Source: Bugula neritina
Lineage: Eukaryota; Animalia; Bryozoa
Direction of reading: 5' to 3'
Assembly (NCBI GenBank): GCA_964035545.1
Contig: CAXIUT010000073.1
Coordinates: 310,001 to 374,000 of the forward strand
Length of the DNA: 64,000 nt
Both the position numbers and the translations under genes were made by a program. Shown here piece by piece: positions 51,601-64,000 of this stretch; positions within the stretch are counted from its first letter, which is position 1; each line of letters opens with the position of its first letter. Under the pieces are notes generated by a model. It did no database searches. It saw nothing but the letters and a program-made list of their open reading frames with translations, and was not told the DNA's origin.

Positions 51601-54600
51601 ATCTTCACCTTTTTCTGCAATGTTATTTCTTTGCAGTTAGAAGTACTAGCTGAATATATGACTATGAAACATAACCCTTCAATTTCATTGCACCAGCACC
51701 GATTTCAATGTAGGTGTGTTGGGAGTTATCTTTCCTAAATTTTTGTTCTTGGCAATTATACGAAACAGACACAGGCTAATATTAGTTTTGTTATTTGCAA
51801 GAGTTTTTCTGTCTGATTGTCCATCAGCAAAAGTTTGCGCCTTCCCGTTATTATGGAAATTCCAGTGCTGCTGGAAGACCTTTGCATTGTACACCCGCCT
51901 TTACTATTGAATTTAGATGTTTTATTTTCCCATCCCCTCTCCTGCCCCCCTGTCCCCTCTAACAACCAGCAATCCTGACTCATGTGAAATGTGTTATTAA
52001 GTTTTAGAGTTGGACCATGGGCCTACAGTATACGATTTGAAGCTTTATAGTTTACAGGCAGTGGAGATGAGTCACTGCTGAAACCCATTTTATTAGTAGA
52101 CTATATTGCTGTTCAATCATCAGTTTGCATATTAAAACAGAAAGCTCATCTGCAGCGCCATTTCACAGTGTTAAATTTTGCTAGAGTAAAAATTAATTTT
52201 AGATGCCTTTGCAAACATATGAGAAATAAATGAGTCATTTTATGAAAAGAGGTGTTTGCAGCAGTTGTCCACTTTTGATTTAGACGCGTCATGGAAACTT
52301 TTGTAGTTTTAAATAATATCTCCAAACTCATCACTTGCATGTGTTTATATACTTGATGAAGTTTTTCATGCAAAACTTGATGCCTGCTTCAAAGACACCA
52401 GTTAACTGTATTGGCACGTTGCCATGAGATATTTGGTAATATTTAGCATCACAACATACTCTTCAGAAAGTTAAGAAAATCAGTCTATAGGAAGTTAATG
52501 AAATAAACCTACCAGAGAGAGTAAGCCAGATGTAACAAGTAGATCCAAAACAAGTTGATTAACAATTGAAGTTGAATTCTCCATGTAGTGAATACTTTAG
52601 TCCTAATGTCAAATGCAAACGTCTGCAACCAAATTGTGTAGACTTCATGAGCTGGTTAGCTGACAGGACTCATTAAAGTTCTTAACTCTTGTGTGTATAG
52701 TGATGCCCATCTTGAACTAGAGAGGGCTGACTGAAGACTGCTACTTTGTGAAAATTGACAATGCGTATTATTATTATTCATTGTTGAGATTCACGACTGC
52801 CATAAACAATGATAAAATATTCATTGTTGGTACTACTGAGTAGAATAAAATATAATATAATATTATTCTCTGGACAGATAAACAATATCAAATGCATAAT
52901 ATAACATTACCATAAATCTACGGCGCTTCACATCTTCACCTTTTTCTGCAATGTTATTTCTTTGCAGTTAGAAGTACTAGCTGAATATATGACTATGAAA
53001 CATAACCCTTCAATTTCATTGCACCAGCACCGATTTCAATATAGGTGTGTTGGGAGTTATCTTTCCTAAAGTTTTGTTCTTGGCGTTTATATGAAGCAGA
53101 CACAGGCTAATATTAGTTTTGTTATTTGCAAGAGTTTTTCTGTCTGATTGTCCATCAGCAAAAGTTTGCGCCTTCCCGTTATTATGGAAATTCCAGTGCT
53201 GCTGGAAGACCTTTGCATTGTACACCCGCCTTTACTATTGAATTTAGATGTTTTATTTTCCCATCCCCTCTCCTGCCCCCCTGTCCCCTCTAACAACCAG
53301 CAATCCTGACTCATGCGAAATGTGTTATTAAGTTTTAGAGTTGGACCATGGGCCGACAGTATACGATTTGAAGCTTTATAGTTTACAGGCAGTGGAGATG
53401 AGTCACTGCTGAAACCCATTTTATTAGTAGACTATATTGCTCTTCAATCATCAGTTTTCATATTCAAAGAGAAAGCTCATCTGCAGCGCCATTTCACAGT
53501 GTTATATTTTGCTAGAGTAATAACTAATTTTAGATGCCTTTGCAAACATATGAGAAATAAATGAGTCATTTTATGAAAAGAGGTGTTTGCAGCAGTTGTC
53601 CACTTTTGATTTAGACGCGTCATGGAAACTTTTGTAGTTTTAAATAATATCTCCAAACTCATCACTTGCATGTGTTTATATACTTGATAAAGTTTTTCAT
53701 GCAAAACTTGATGCCTGCTTCAAAGACACCAGTTAACTGTATTGGCACGTTGCCATGAGATATTTGGTAATATTTAGCATCACAACATACTCTTCAGAAA
53801 GTTAAGAAAATCAGTCTATAGGAAGTTAATGAAATAAACCTACCAGAGAGAGTAAGCCAGATGTAACAAGTAGATCCAAAACAAGTTGATTAACAATTGA
53901 AGTTGAATTCTCCATGTAGTGAATACTTTAGTCCTAATGTCAAATGCAAACGTCTGCAACCAAATTGTGTAGACTTCATGAGCTGGTTAGCTGACAGGAC
54001 TCATTAAAGTTCTTAACTCTTGTGTGTATAGTGATGCCCATCTTGAACTAGAGAGGGCTGACTGAAGACTGCTACTTTGTGAAAATTGACAATGCGTATT
54101 ATTATTATTCATTGTTGAGATTCACGACTGCCATAAACAATGATAAAATATTCATTGTTGGTACTACTGAGTAGAATAAAATATAATATAATATTATTCT
54201 CTGGACAGATAAACAATATCAAATGCATAATATAACATTACCATAAATCTACGGCGCTTCACATCTTCACCTTTTTCTGCAATGTTATTTCTTTGCAGTT
54301 AGAAGTACTAGCTGAATATATGACTATGAAACATAACCCTTCAATTTCATTGCACCAGCACCGATTTCAATATAGGTGTGTTGGGAGTTATCTTTCCTAA
54401 AGTTTTGTTCTTGGCGTTTATATGAAGCAGACACAGGCTAATATTAGTTTTGTTATTTGCAAGAGTTTTTCTGTCTGATTGTCCATCAGCAAAAGTTTGC
54501 GCCTTCCCGTTATTATGGAAATTCCAGTGCTGCTGGAAGACCTTTGCATTGTACACCCGCCTTTACTATTGAATTTAGATGTTTTATTTTCCCATCCCCT

Positions 54601-57600
54601 CTCCTGCCCCCCTGTCCCCTCTAACAACCAGCAATCCTGACTCATGCGAAATGTGTTATTAAGTTTTAGAGTTGGACCATGGGCCGACAGTATACGATTT
54701 GAAGCTTTATAGTTTACAGGCAGTGGAGATGAGTCACTGCTGAAACCCATTTTATTAGTAGACTATATTGCTCTTCAATCATCAGTTTTCATATTCAAAG
54801 AGAAAGCTCATCTGCAGCGCCATTTCACAGTGTTATATTTTGCTAGAGTAATAACTAATTTTAGATGCCTTTGCAAACATATGAGAAATAAATGAGTCAT
54901 TTTATGAAAAGAGGTGTTTGCAGCAGTTGTCCACTTTTGATTTAGACGCGTCATGGAAACTTTTGTAGTTTTAAATAATATCTCCAAACTCATCACTTGC
55001 ATGTGTTTATATACTTGATAAAGTTTTTCATGCAAAACTTGATGCCTGCTTCAAAGACACCAGTTAACTGTATTGGCACGTTGCCATGAGATATTTGGTA
55101 ATATTTAGCATCACAACATACTCTTCAGAAAGTTAAGAAAATCAGTCTATAGGAAGTTAATGAAATAAACCTACCAGAGAGAGTAAGCCAGATGTAACAA
55201 GTAGATCCAAAACAAGTTGATTAACAATTGAAGTTGAATTCTCCATGTAGTGAATACTTTAGTCCTAATGTCAAATGCAAACGTCTGCAACCAAATTGTG
55301 TAGACTTCATGAGCTGGTTAGCTGACAGGACTCATTAAAGTTCTTAACTCTTGTGTGTATAGTGATGCCCATCTTGAACTAGAGAGGGCTGACTGAAGAC
55401 TGCTACTTTGTGAAAATTGACAATGCGTATTATTATTATTCATTGTTGAGATTCACGACTGCCATAAACAATGATAAAATATTCATTGTTGGTACTACTG
55501 AGTAGAATAAAATATAATATAATATTATTCTCTGGACAGATAAACAATATCAAATGCATAATATAACATTACCATAAATCTACGGCGCTTCACATCTTCA
55601 CCTTTTTCTGCAATGTTATTTCTTTGCAGTTAGAAGTACTAGCTGAATATATGACTATGAAACATAACCCTTCAATTTCATTGCACCAGCACCGATTTCA
55701 ATATAGGTGTGTTGGGAGTTATCTTTCCTAAAAATTTGTTCTTGGCGTTTATATGAAGCAGACACAGGCTAATATTAGTTTTGTTATTTGAAAGAGTTTT
55801 TCTGTCTGATTGTCCATCAGCAAAAGTTTGCGCCTTCCCGTTATTATGGAAATTCCAGTGCTGCTGGAAGACCTTTGCATTGTACACCCGCCTTTACTAT
55901 TGAATTTAGATGTTTTATTTTCCCATCCCCTCTCCTGCCCCCCTGTCCCCTCTAACAACCAGCAATCCTGACTCATGCGAAATGTGTTATTAAGTTTTAG
56001 AGTTGGACCATGGGCCGACAGTATACGATTTGAAGCTTTATAGTTTACAGGCAGTGGAGATGAGTCACTGCTGAAACCCATTTTATTAGTAGACTATATT
56101 GCTCTTCAATCATCAGTTTTCATATTCAAAGAGAAAGCTCATCTGCAGCGCCATTTCACAGTGTTATATTTTGCTAGAGTAATAACTAATTTTAGATGCC
56201 TTTGCAAACATATGAGAAATAAATGAGTCATTTTATGAAAAGAGGTGTTTGCAGCAGTTGTCCACTTTTGATTTAGACGCGTCATGGAAACTTTTGTAGT
56301 TTTAAATAATATCTCCAAACTCATCACTTGCATGTGTTTATATACTTGATAAAGTTTTTCATGCAAAACTTGATGCCTGCTTCAAAGACACCAGTGCTTA
56401 AAACTGTGTTAACTGTATTGGCACGTTGCCATGAGATATTTGGTAATATTTAGCATCACAACATACTCTTCAGAAAGTTAAGAAAATCAGTCTATAGAAA
56501 GTTAATGAAATAAACCTACCAGAGAGAGTAAGCCAGATGTAACAAGTAGATCCAAAACAAGTTGATTGACAATTGAAGTTGAATTCTCCATGTAGTGAAT
56601 ACTTTAGTCCTAATGTCAAATGCAAACGTCTGCAACCAAATTGTGTAGACTTCATGAGCTGGTTAGCTGACAGGACTCATTAAAGTTCTTAACTCTTGTG
56701 TGTATAGTGATGCCCATCTTGAACTAGAGAGGGCTGACGGAAGACTGCTACTTTGTGAAAATTGACAATGCATATTATTATTATTCATTGTTGAGATTCA
56801 CGACTGCCATAAACAATGATAAAATATTCATTGTTGGTACTACTGAGTAGAATAAAATATAATATAATATTATTCTCTGGACAGATAAACAATATCAAAT
56901 GCATATTATAACATTACCATAAATCTACGGCGCTTCACATCTTCACCTTTTTCTGCAATGTTATTTCTTTGCAGTTAGAAGTACTAGCTGAATATATGAC
57001 TATGAAACATAACCCTTCAATTTCATTGCACCAGCACCGATTTCAATGTAGGTGTGTTGGGAGTTATCTTTCCTAAATTTTTGTTCTTGGCAATTATACG
57101 AAACAGACACAGGCTAATATTAGTTTTGTTATTTGCAAGAGTTTTTCTGTCTGATTGTCCATCAGCAAAAGTTTGCGCCTTCCCGTTATTATGGAAATTC
57201 CAGTGCTGCTGGAAGACCTTTGCATTGTACACCCGCCTTTACTATTGAATTTAGATGTTTTATTTTCCCATCCCCTCTCCTGCCCCCCTGTCCCCTCTAA
57301 CAACCAGCAATCCTGACTCATGCGAAATGTGTTATTAAGTTTTAGAGTTGGACCATGGGCCGACAGTATACGATTTGAAGCTTTATAGTTTACAGGCAGT
57401 GGAGATGAGTCACTGCTGAAACCCATTTTATTAGTAGACTATATTGCTCTTCAATCATCAGTTTTCATATTCAAAGAGAAAGCTCATCTGCAGCGCCATT
57501 TCACAGTGTTATATTTTGCTAGAGTAATAACTAATTTTAGATGCCTTTGCAAACATATGAGAAATAAATGAGTCATTTTATGAAAAGAGGTGTTTGCAGC

Positions 57601-60600
57601 AGTTGTCCACTTTTGATTTAGACGCGTCATGGAAACTTTTGTAGTTTTAAATAATATCTCCAAACTCATCACTTGCATGTGTTTATATACTTGATAAAGT
57701 TTTTCATGCAAAACTTGATGCCTGCTTCAAAGACACCAGTGCTTAAATACTGTGTTAACTGTATTGGCACGTTGCCATGAGATATTTGGTAATATTTAGC
57801 ATCACAACATACTCTTCAGAAAGTTAAGAAAATCAGTCTATAGAAAGTTAATGAAATAAACCTACCAGAGAGAGTAAGCCAGATGTAACAAGTAGATCCA
57901 AAACAAGTTGATTAACAATTGAAGTTGAATTCTCCATGTAGTGAATACTTTAGTCCTAATGTCAAATGCAAACGTCTGCAACCAAATTGTGTAGACTTCA
58001 TGAGCTGGTTAGCTGACAGGACTCATTAAAGTTCTTAACTCTTGTGTGTATAGTGATGCCCATCTTGAACTAGAGAGGGCTGACGGAAGACTGCTACTTT
58101 GTGAAAATTGACAATGCATATTATTATTATTCATTGTTGAGATTCACGACTGCCATAAACAATGATAAAATATTCATTGTTGGTACTACTGAGTAGAATA
58201 AAATATAATATAATATTATTCTCTGGACAGATAAACAATATCAAATGCATATTATAACATTACCATAAATCTACGGCGCTTCACATCTTCACCTTTTTCT
58301 GCAATGTTATTTCTTTGCAGTTAGAAGTACTAGCTGAATATATGACTATGAAACATAACCCTTCAATTTCATTGCACCAGCACCGATTTCAATATAGGTG
58401 TGTTGGGAGTTATCTTTCCTAAAGTTTTGTTCTTGGCGTTTATACGAAGCAGACACAGGCTAATATTAGTTTTGTTATTTGCAAGAGTTTTTCTGTCTGA
58501 TTGTCCATCAGCAAAAGTTTGCGCCTTGCAGTTATTATGGAAATACCAGTGATGCTGGAAGACCTTTGCATTGTACACCCGCCTTTACTATTGAATTTAG
58601 ATGTTTTATTTTCCCATCCCCTCTCCTGCCCCCCTGTCCCCTCTAACAACCAGCAATCCTGACTCATGTGAAATGTGTTATTAAGTTTTAGAGTTGGACC
58701 ATGGGCCTACAGTATACGATTTGAAGCTTTATAGTTTACAGGCAGTGGAGATGAGTCACTGCTGAAACCCATTTTATTAGTAGACTATATTGCTCTTCAA
58801 TCATCAGTTTGCATATTAAAACAGAAAGCTCATCTGCAGCGCCATTTCACAGTGTTAAATTTTGCTAGAGTAAAAATTAATTTTAGATGCCTTTGCAAAC
58901 ATATGAGAAATAAATGAGTCATTTTATGAAAAGAGGTGTTTGCAGCAGTTGTCCACTTTTGATTTAGACGCGTCATGGAAACTTTTGTAGTTTTAAATAA
59001 TATCTCCAAACTCATCACTTGCATGTGTTTATATACTTGATGAAGTTTTTCATGCAAAACTTGATGCCTGCTTCAAAGACACCAGTTAACTGTATTGGCA
59101 CGTTGCCATGAGATATTTGGTAATATTTAGCATCACAACATACTCTTCAGAAAGTTAAGAAAATCAGTCTATAGGAAGTTAATGAAATAAACCTACCAGA
59201 GAGAGTAAGCCAGATGTAACAAGTAGATCCAAAACAAGTTGATTAACAATTGAAGTTGAATTCTCCATGTAGTGAATACTTTAGTCCTAATGTCAAATGC
59301 AAACGTCTGCAACCAAATTGTGTAGACTTCATGAGCTGGTTAGCTGACAGGACTCATTAAAGTTCTTAACTCTTGTGTGTATAGTGATGCCCATCTTGAA
59401 CTAGAGAGGGCTGACTGAAGACTGCTACTTTGTGAAAATTGACAATGCGTATTATTATTATTCATTGTTGAGATTCACGACTGCCATAAACAATGATAAA
59501 ATATTCATTGTTGGTACTACTGAGTAGAATAAAATATAATATAATATTATTCTCTGGACAGATAAACAATATCAAATGCATAATATAACATTACCATAAA
59601 TCTACGGCGCTTCACATCTTCACCTTTTTCTGCAATGTTATTTCTTTGCAGTTAGAAGTACTAGCTGAATATATGACTATGAAACATAACCCTTCAATTT
59701 CATTGCACCAGCACCGATTTCAATATAGGTGTGTTGGGAGTTATCTTTCCTAAAGTTTTGTTCTTGGCGTTTATACGAAGCAGACACAGGCTAATATTAG
59801 TTTTGTTATTTGCAAGAGTTTTTCTGTCTGATTGTCCATCAGCAAAAGTTTGCGCCTTGCAGTTATTATGGAAATACCAGTGATGCTGGAAGACCTTTGC
59901 ATTGTACACCCGCCTTTACTATTGAATTTAGATGTTTTATTTTCCCATCCCCTCTCCTGCCCCCCTGTCCCCTCTAACAACCAGCAATCCTGACTCATGT
60001 GAAATGTGTTATTAAGTTTTAGAGTTGGACCATGGGCCTACAGTATACGATTTGAAGCTTTATAGTTTACAGGCAGTGGAGATGAGTCACTGCTGAAACC
60101 CATTTTATTAGTAGACTATATTGCTCTTCAATCATCAGTTTGCATATTAAAACAGAAAGCTCATCTGCAGCGCCATTTCACAGTGTTAAATTTTGCTAGA
60201 GTAAAAATTAATTTTAGATGCCTTTGCAAACATATGAGAAATAAATGAGTCATTTTATGAAAAGAGGTGTTTGCAGCAGTTGTCCACTTTTGATTTAGAC
60301 GCGTCATGGAAACTTTTGTAGTTTTAAATAATATCTCCAAACTCATCACTTGCATGTGTTTATATACTTGATGAAGTTTTTCATGCAAAACTTGATGCCT
60401 GCTTCAAAGACACCAGTTAACTGTATTGGCACGTTGCCATGAGATATTTGGTAATATTAAGCATCACAACATACTCTTCAGAAAGTTAAGAAAATCAGTC
60501 TATAGGAAGTTAATGAAATAAACCTACCAGAGAGAGTAAGCCAGATGTAACAAGTAGATCCAAAACAAGTTGATTAACAATTGAAGTTGAATTCTCCATG

Positions 60601-63600
60601 TAGTGAATACTTTAGTCCTAATGTCAAATGCAAACGTCTGCAACCAAATTGTGTAGACTTCATGAGCTGGTTAGCTGACAGGACTCATTAAAGTTCTTAA
60701 CTCTTGTGTGTATAGTGATGCCCATCTTGAACTAGAGAGGGCTGACTGAAGACTGCTACTTTGTGAAAATTGACAATGCGTATTATTATTATTCATTGTT
60801 GAGATTCACGACTGCCATAAACAATGATAAAATATTCATTGTTGGTACTACTGAGTAGAATAAAATATAATATAATATTATTCTCTGGACAGATAAACAA
60901 TATCAAATGCATAATATAACATTACCATAAATCTACGGCGCTTCACATCTTCACCTTTTTCTGCAATGTTATTTCTTTGCAGTTAGAAGTACTAGCTGAA
61001 TATATGACTATGAAACATAACCCTTCAATTTCATTGCACCAGCACCGATTTCAATATAGGTGTGTTGGGAGTTATCTTTCCTAAAGTTTTGTTCTTGGCG
61101 TTTATACGAAGCAGACACAGGCTAATATTAGTTTTGTTATTTGCAAGAGTTTTTCTGTCTGATTGTCCATCAGCAAAAGTTTGCGCCTTGCAGTTATTAT
61201 GGAAATACCAGTGATGCTGGAAGACCTTTGCATTGTACACCCGCCTTTACTATTGAATTTAGATGTTTTATTTTCCCATCCCCTCTCCTGCCCCCCTGTC
61301 CCCTCTAACAACCAGCAATCCTGACTCATGTGAAATGTGTTATTAAGTTTTAGAGTTGGACCATGGGCCGACAGTATACGATTTGAAGCTTTATAGTTTA
61401 CAGGCAGTGGAGATGAGTCACTGCTGAAACCCATTTTATTAGTAGACTATATTGCTCTTCAATCATCAGTTTGCATATTAAAACAGAAAGCTCATCTGCA
61501 GCGCCATTTCACAGTGTTAAATTTTGCTAGAGTAAAAATTAATTTTAGATGCCTTTGCAAACATATGAGAAATAAATGAGTCATTTTATGAAAAGAAGTG
61601 TTTGCAGCAGTTGTCCACTTTTGATTTAGACGCGTCATGGAAACTTTTGTAGTTTTAAATAATATCTCCAAACTCATCACTTGCATGTGTTTATATACTT
61701 GATAAAGTTTTTCATGCAAAACTTGATGCCTGCTTCAGAGACACCAGTGCTTAAATACTGTGTTAACTGTATTGGCACGTTGCCATGAGATATTTGGTAA
61801 TATTTAGCATCACAACATACTCTTCAGAAAGTTAAGAAAATCAGTCTATAGAAAGTTAATGAAATAAACCTACCAGAGAGAGTAAGCCAGATGTAACAAG
61901 TAGATCCAAAACAAGTTGATTAACAATTGAAGTTGAATTCTCCATGTAGTGAATACTTTAGTCCTAATGTCAAATGCAAACGTCTGCAACCAAATTGTGT
62001 AGACTTCATGAGCTGGTTAGCTGACAGGACTCATTAAAGTTCTTAACTCTTGTGTGTATAGTGATGCCCATCTTGAACTAGAGAGGGCTGACTGAAGACT
62101 GCTACTTTGTGAAAATTGACAATGCATATTATTATTATTCATTGTTGAGATTCACGACTGCCATAAACAATGATAAAATATTCATTGTTGGTACTACTGA
62201 GTAGAATAAAATATAATATAATATTATTCTCTGGACAGATAAACAATATCAAATGCATATTATAACATTACCATAAATCTACGGCGCTTCACATCTTCAC
62301 CTTTTTCTGCAATGTTATTTCTTTGCAGTTAGAAGTACTAGCTGAATATATGACTATGAAACATAACCCTTCAATTTCATTGCACCAGCACCGATTTCAA
62401 TGTAGGTGTGTTGGGAGTTATCTTTCCTAAATTTTTGTTCTTGGCAATTATACGAAACAGACACAGGCTAATATTAGTTTTGTTATTTGCAAGAGTTTTT
62501 CTGTCTGATTGTCCATCAGCAAAAGTTTGCGCCTTCCCGTTATTATGGAAATTCCAGTGCTGCTGGAAGACCTTTGCATTGTACACCCGCCTTTACTATT
62601 GAATTTAGATGTTTTATTTTCCCATCCCCTCTCCTGCCCCCCTGTCCCCTCTAACAACCAGCAATCCTGACTCATGCGAAATGTGTTATTAAGTTTTAGA
62701 GTTGGACCATGGGCCGACAGTATACGATTTGAAGCTTTATAGTTTACAGGCAGTGGAGATGAGTCACTGCTGAAACCCATTTTATTAGTAGACTATATTG
62801 CTCTTCAATCATCAGTTTTCATATTCAAAGAGAAAGCTCATCTGCAGCGCCATTTCACAGTGTTATGTTTTGCTAGAGTAATAACTAATTTTAGATGCCT
62901 TTGCAAACATATGAGAAATAAATGAGTCATTTTATGAAAAGAGGTGTTTGCAGCAGTTGTCCACTTTTGATTTAGACGCGTCATGGAAACTTTTGTAGTT
63001 TTAAATAATATCTCCAAACTCATCACTTGCATGTGTTTATATACTTGATAAAGTTTTTCATGCAAAACTTGATGCCTGCTTCAAAGACACCAGTGCTTAA
63101 ATACTGCGTTAACTGTATTGGCACGTTGCCATGAGATATTTGGTAATATTTAGCATCACAACATACTCTTCAGAAAGTTAAGAAAATCAGTCTATAGAAA
63201 GTTAATGAAATAAACCTACCAGAGAGAGTAAGCCAGATGTAACAAGTAGATCCAAAACAAGTTGATTAACAATTGAAGTTGAATTCTCCATGTAGTGAAT
63301 ACTTTAGTCCTAATGTCAAATGCAAACGTCTGCAACCAAATTGTGTAGACTTCATGAGCTGGTTAGCTGACAGGACTCATTAAAGTTCTTAACTCTTGTG
63401 TGTATAGTGATGCCCATCTTGAACTAGAGAGGGCTGACTGAAGACTGCTACTTTGTGAAAATTGACAATGCATATTATTATTATTCATTGTTGAGATTCA
63501 CGACTGCCATAAACAATGATAAAATATTCATTGTTGGTACTACTGAGTAGAATAAAATATAATATAATATTATTCTCTGGACAGATAAACAATATCAAAT

Positions 63601-64000
63601 GCATATTATAACATTACCATAAATCTACGGCGCTTCACATCTTCACCTTTTTCTGCAATGTTATTTCTTTGCAGTTAGAAGTACTAGCTGAATATATGAC
63701 TATGAAACATAACCCTTCAATTTCATTGCACCAGCACCGATTTCAATATAGGTGTGTTGGGAGTTATCTTTCCTAAAGTTTTGTTCTTGGCGTTTATACG
63801 AAGCAGACACAGGCTAATATTAGTTTTGTTATTTGCAAGAGTTTTTCTGTCTGATTGTCCATCAGCAAAAGTTTGCGCCTTGCAGTTATTATGGAAATAC
63901 CAGTGATGCTGGAAGACCTTTGCATTGTACACCCGCCTTTACTATTGAATTTAGATGTTTTATTTTCCCATCCCCTCTCCTGCCCCCCTGTCCCCTCTAA
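33658..64000. repeat. HOR domain 2: pentamer ABCDE (1331+1345+1346+1331+1346 = 6699 bp) and its variants
   Basis: Monomer order by length and SNPs for units 26-48: A B C D E A D E A A B C D E A A A B C (D/C) D (E/B) C-like. A = 15-bp deletion + TATATGAAGC. B = 1-bp deletion + GACGGAAG + GATTGAC. C = full-length + GACGGAAG + GATGAAG. D = 15-bp deletion + terminal CAGAG. E = CAATGTA + GCTGTTC. Confidence 0.88.

Larger units (their letters stand above)
1..64000. repeat. Tandem macrosatellite array, ~1346-bp monomer, 47 complete copies plus one partial; extends past both window ends
   Basis: The same sequence and ORF set recur at fixed spacing. Monomer starts (ACACCAGT, arbitrary phase): 1, 1347, 2695, 4041, 5387, 6733, 8079, 9427, 10773, 12119, 13465, 14813, 16159, 17505, 18853, 20199, 21545, 22891, 24237, 25583, 26929, 28275, 29620, 30966, 32312, 33658, 34989, 36334, 37680, 39011, 40357, 41688, 43019, 44365, 45696, 47027, 48372, 49718, 51049, 52395, 53726, 55057, 56388, 57733, 59079, 60410, 61741, 63087. 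All copies are in the same orientation with no spacers or insertions. Confidence 0.99.

Noticed and set aside
1-64000. CRISPR array, or tandem transposon/LTR/viral concatemer
   Set aside because: There are no unique spacers or cas genes, no terminal repeats or target-site duplications, and no transposase, RT or Rep coding remnants. Structured inter-copy variation argues against a simple rolling-circle concatemer artefact.

Overview
The whole 64-kb window is one uninterrupted head-to-tail tandem array (macrosatellite-type) of a ~1.35-kb AT-rich monomer, about 34% GC by hand estimate. It holds 47 complete copies and a 48th truncated by the window end. Phased from position 1, monomers are 1346 bp (standard), 1348 (+TA), 1345 (-1 bp) or 1331 (-15 bp), and are about 98-100% identical. 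I found no credible protein-coding gene, tRNA, rRNA, snRNA, CRISPR array or transposon. The short ORFs in the track are the same 5-6 chance frames repeated, and most are broken in some copies. CpG depletion plus many CpG/TpG/CpA polymorphisms suggest a methylated eukaryotic genome, perhaps vertebrate (inference). Two levels of structure stand out. First, diagnostic variants define higher-order repeats (HORs): a trimer-based domain (~5.4-18.9 kb), a heterogeneous middle (~18.9-33.7 kb) and a pentamer-based domain marked by a 15-bp deletion (33.7-64 kb), with chimeric monomers. Second, each monomer carries a compact motif module: a canonical G-quadruplex motif, three perfect AP-1 sites and a ~70-nt nested palindrome made of four SOX-like half-sites. 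I cannot name the repeat family or demonstrate function from sequence alone.
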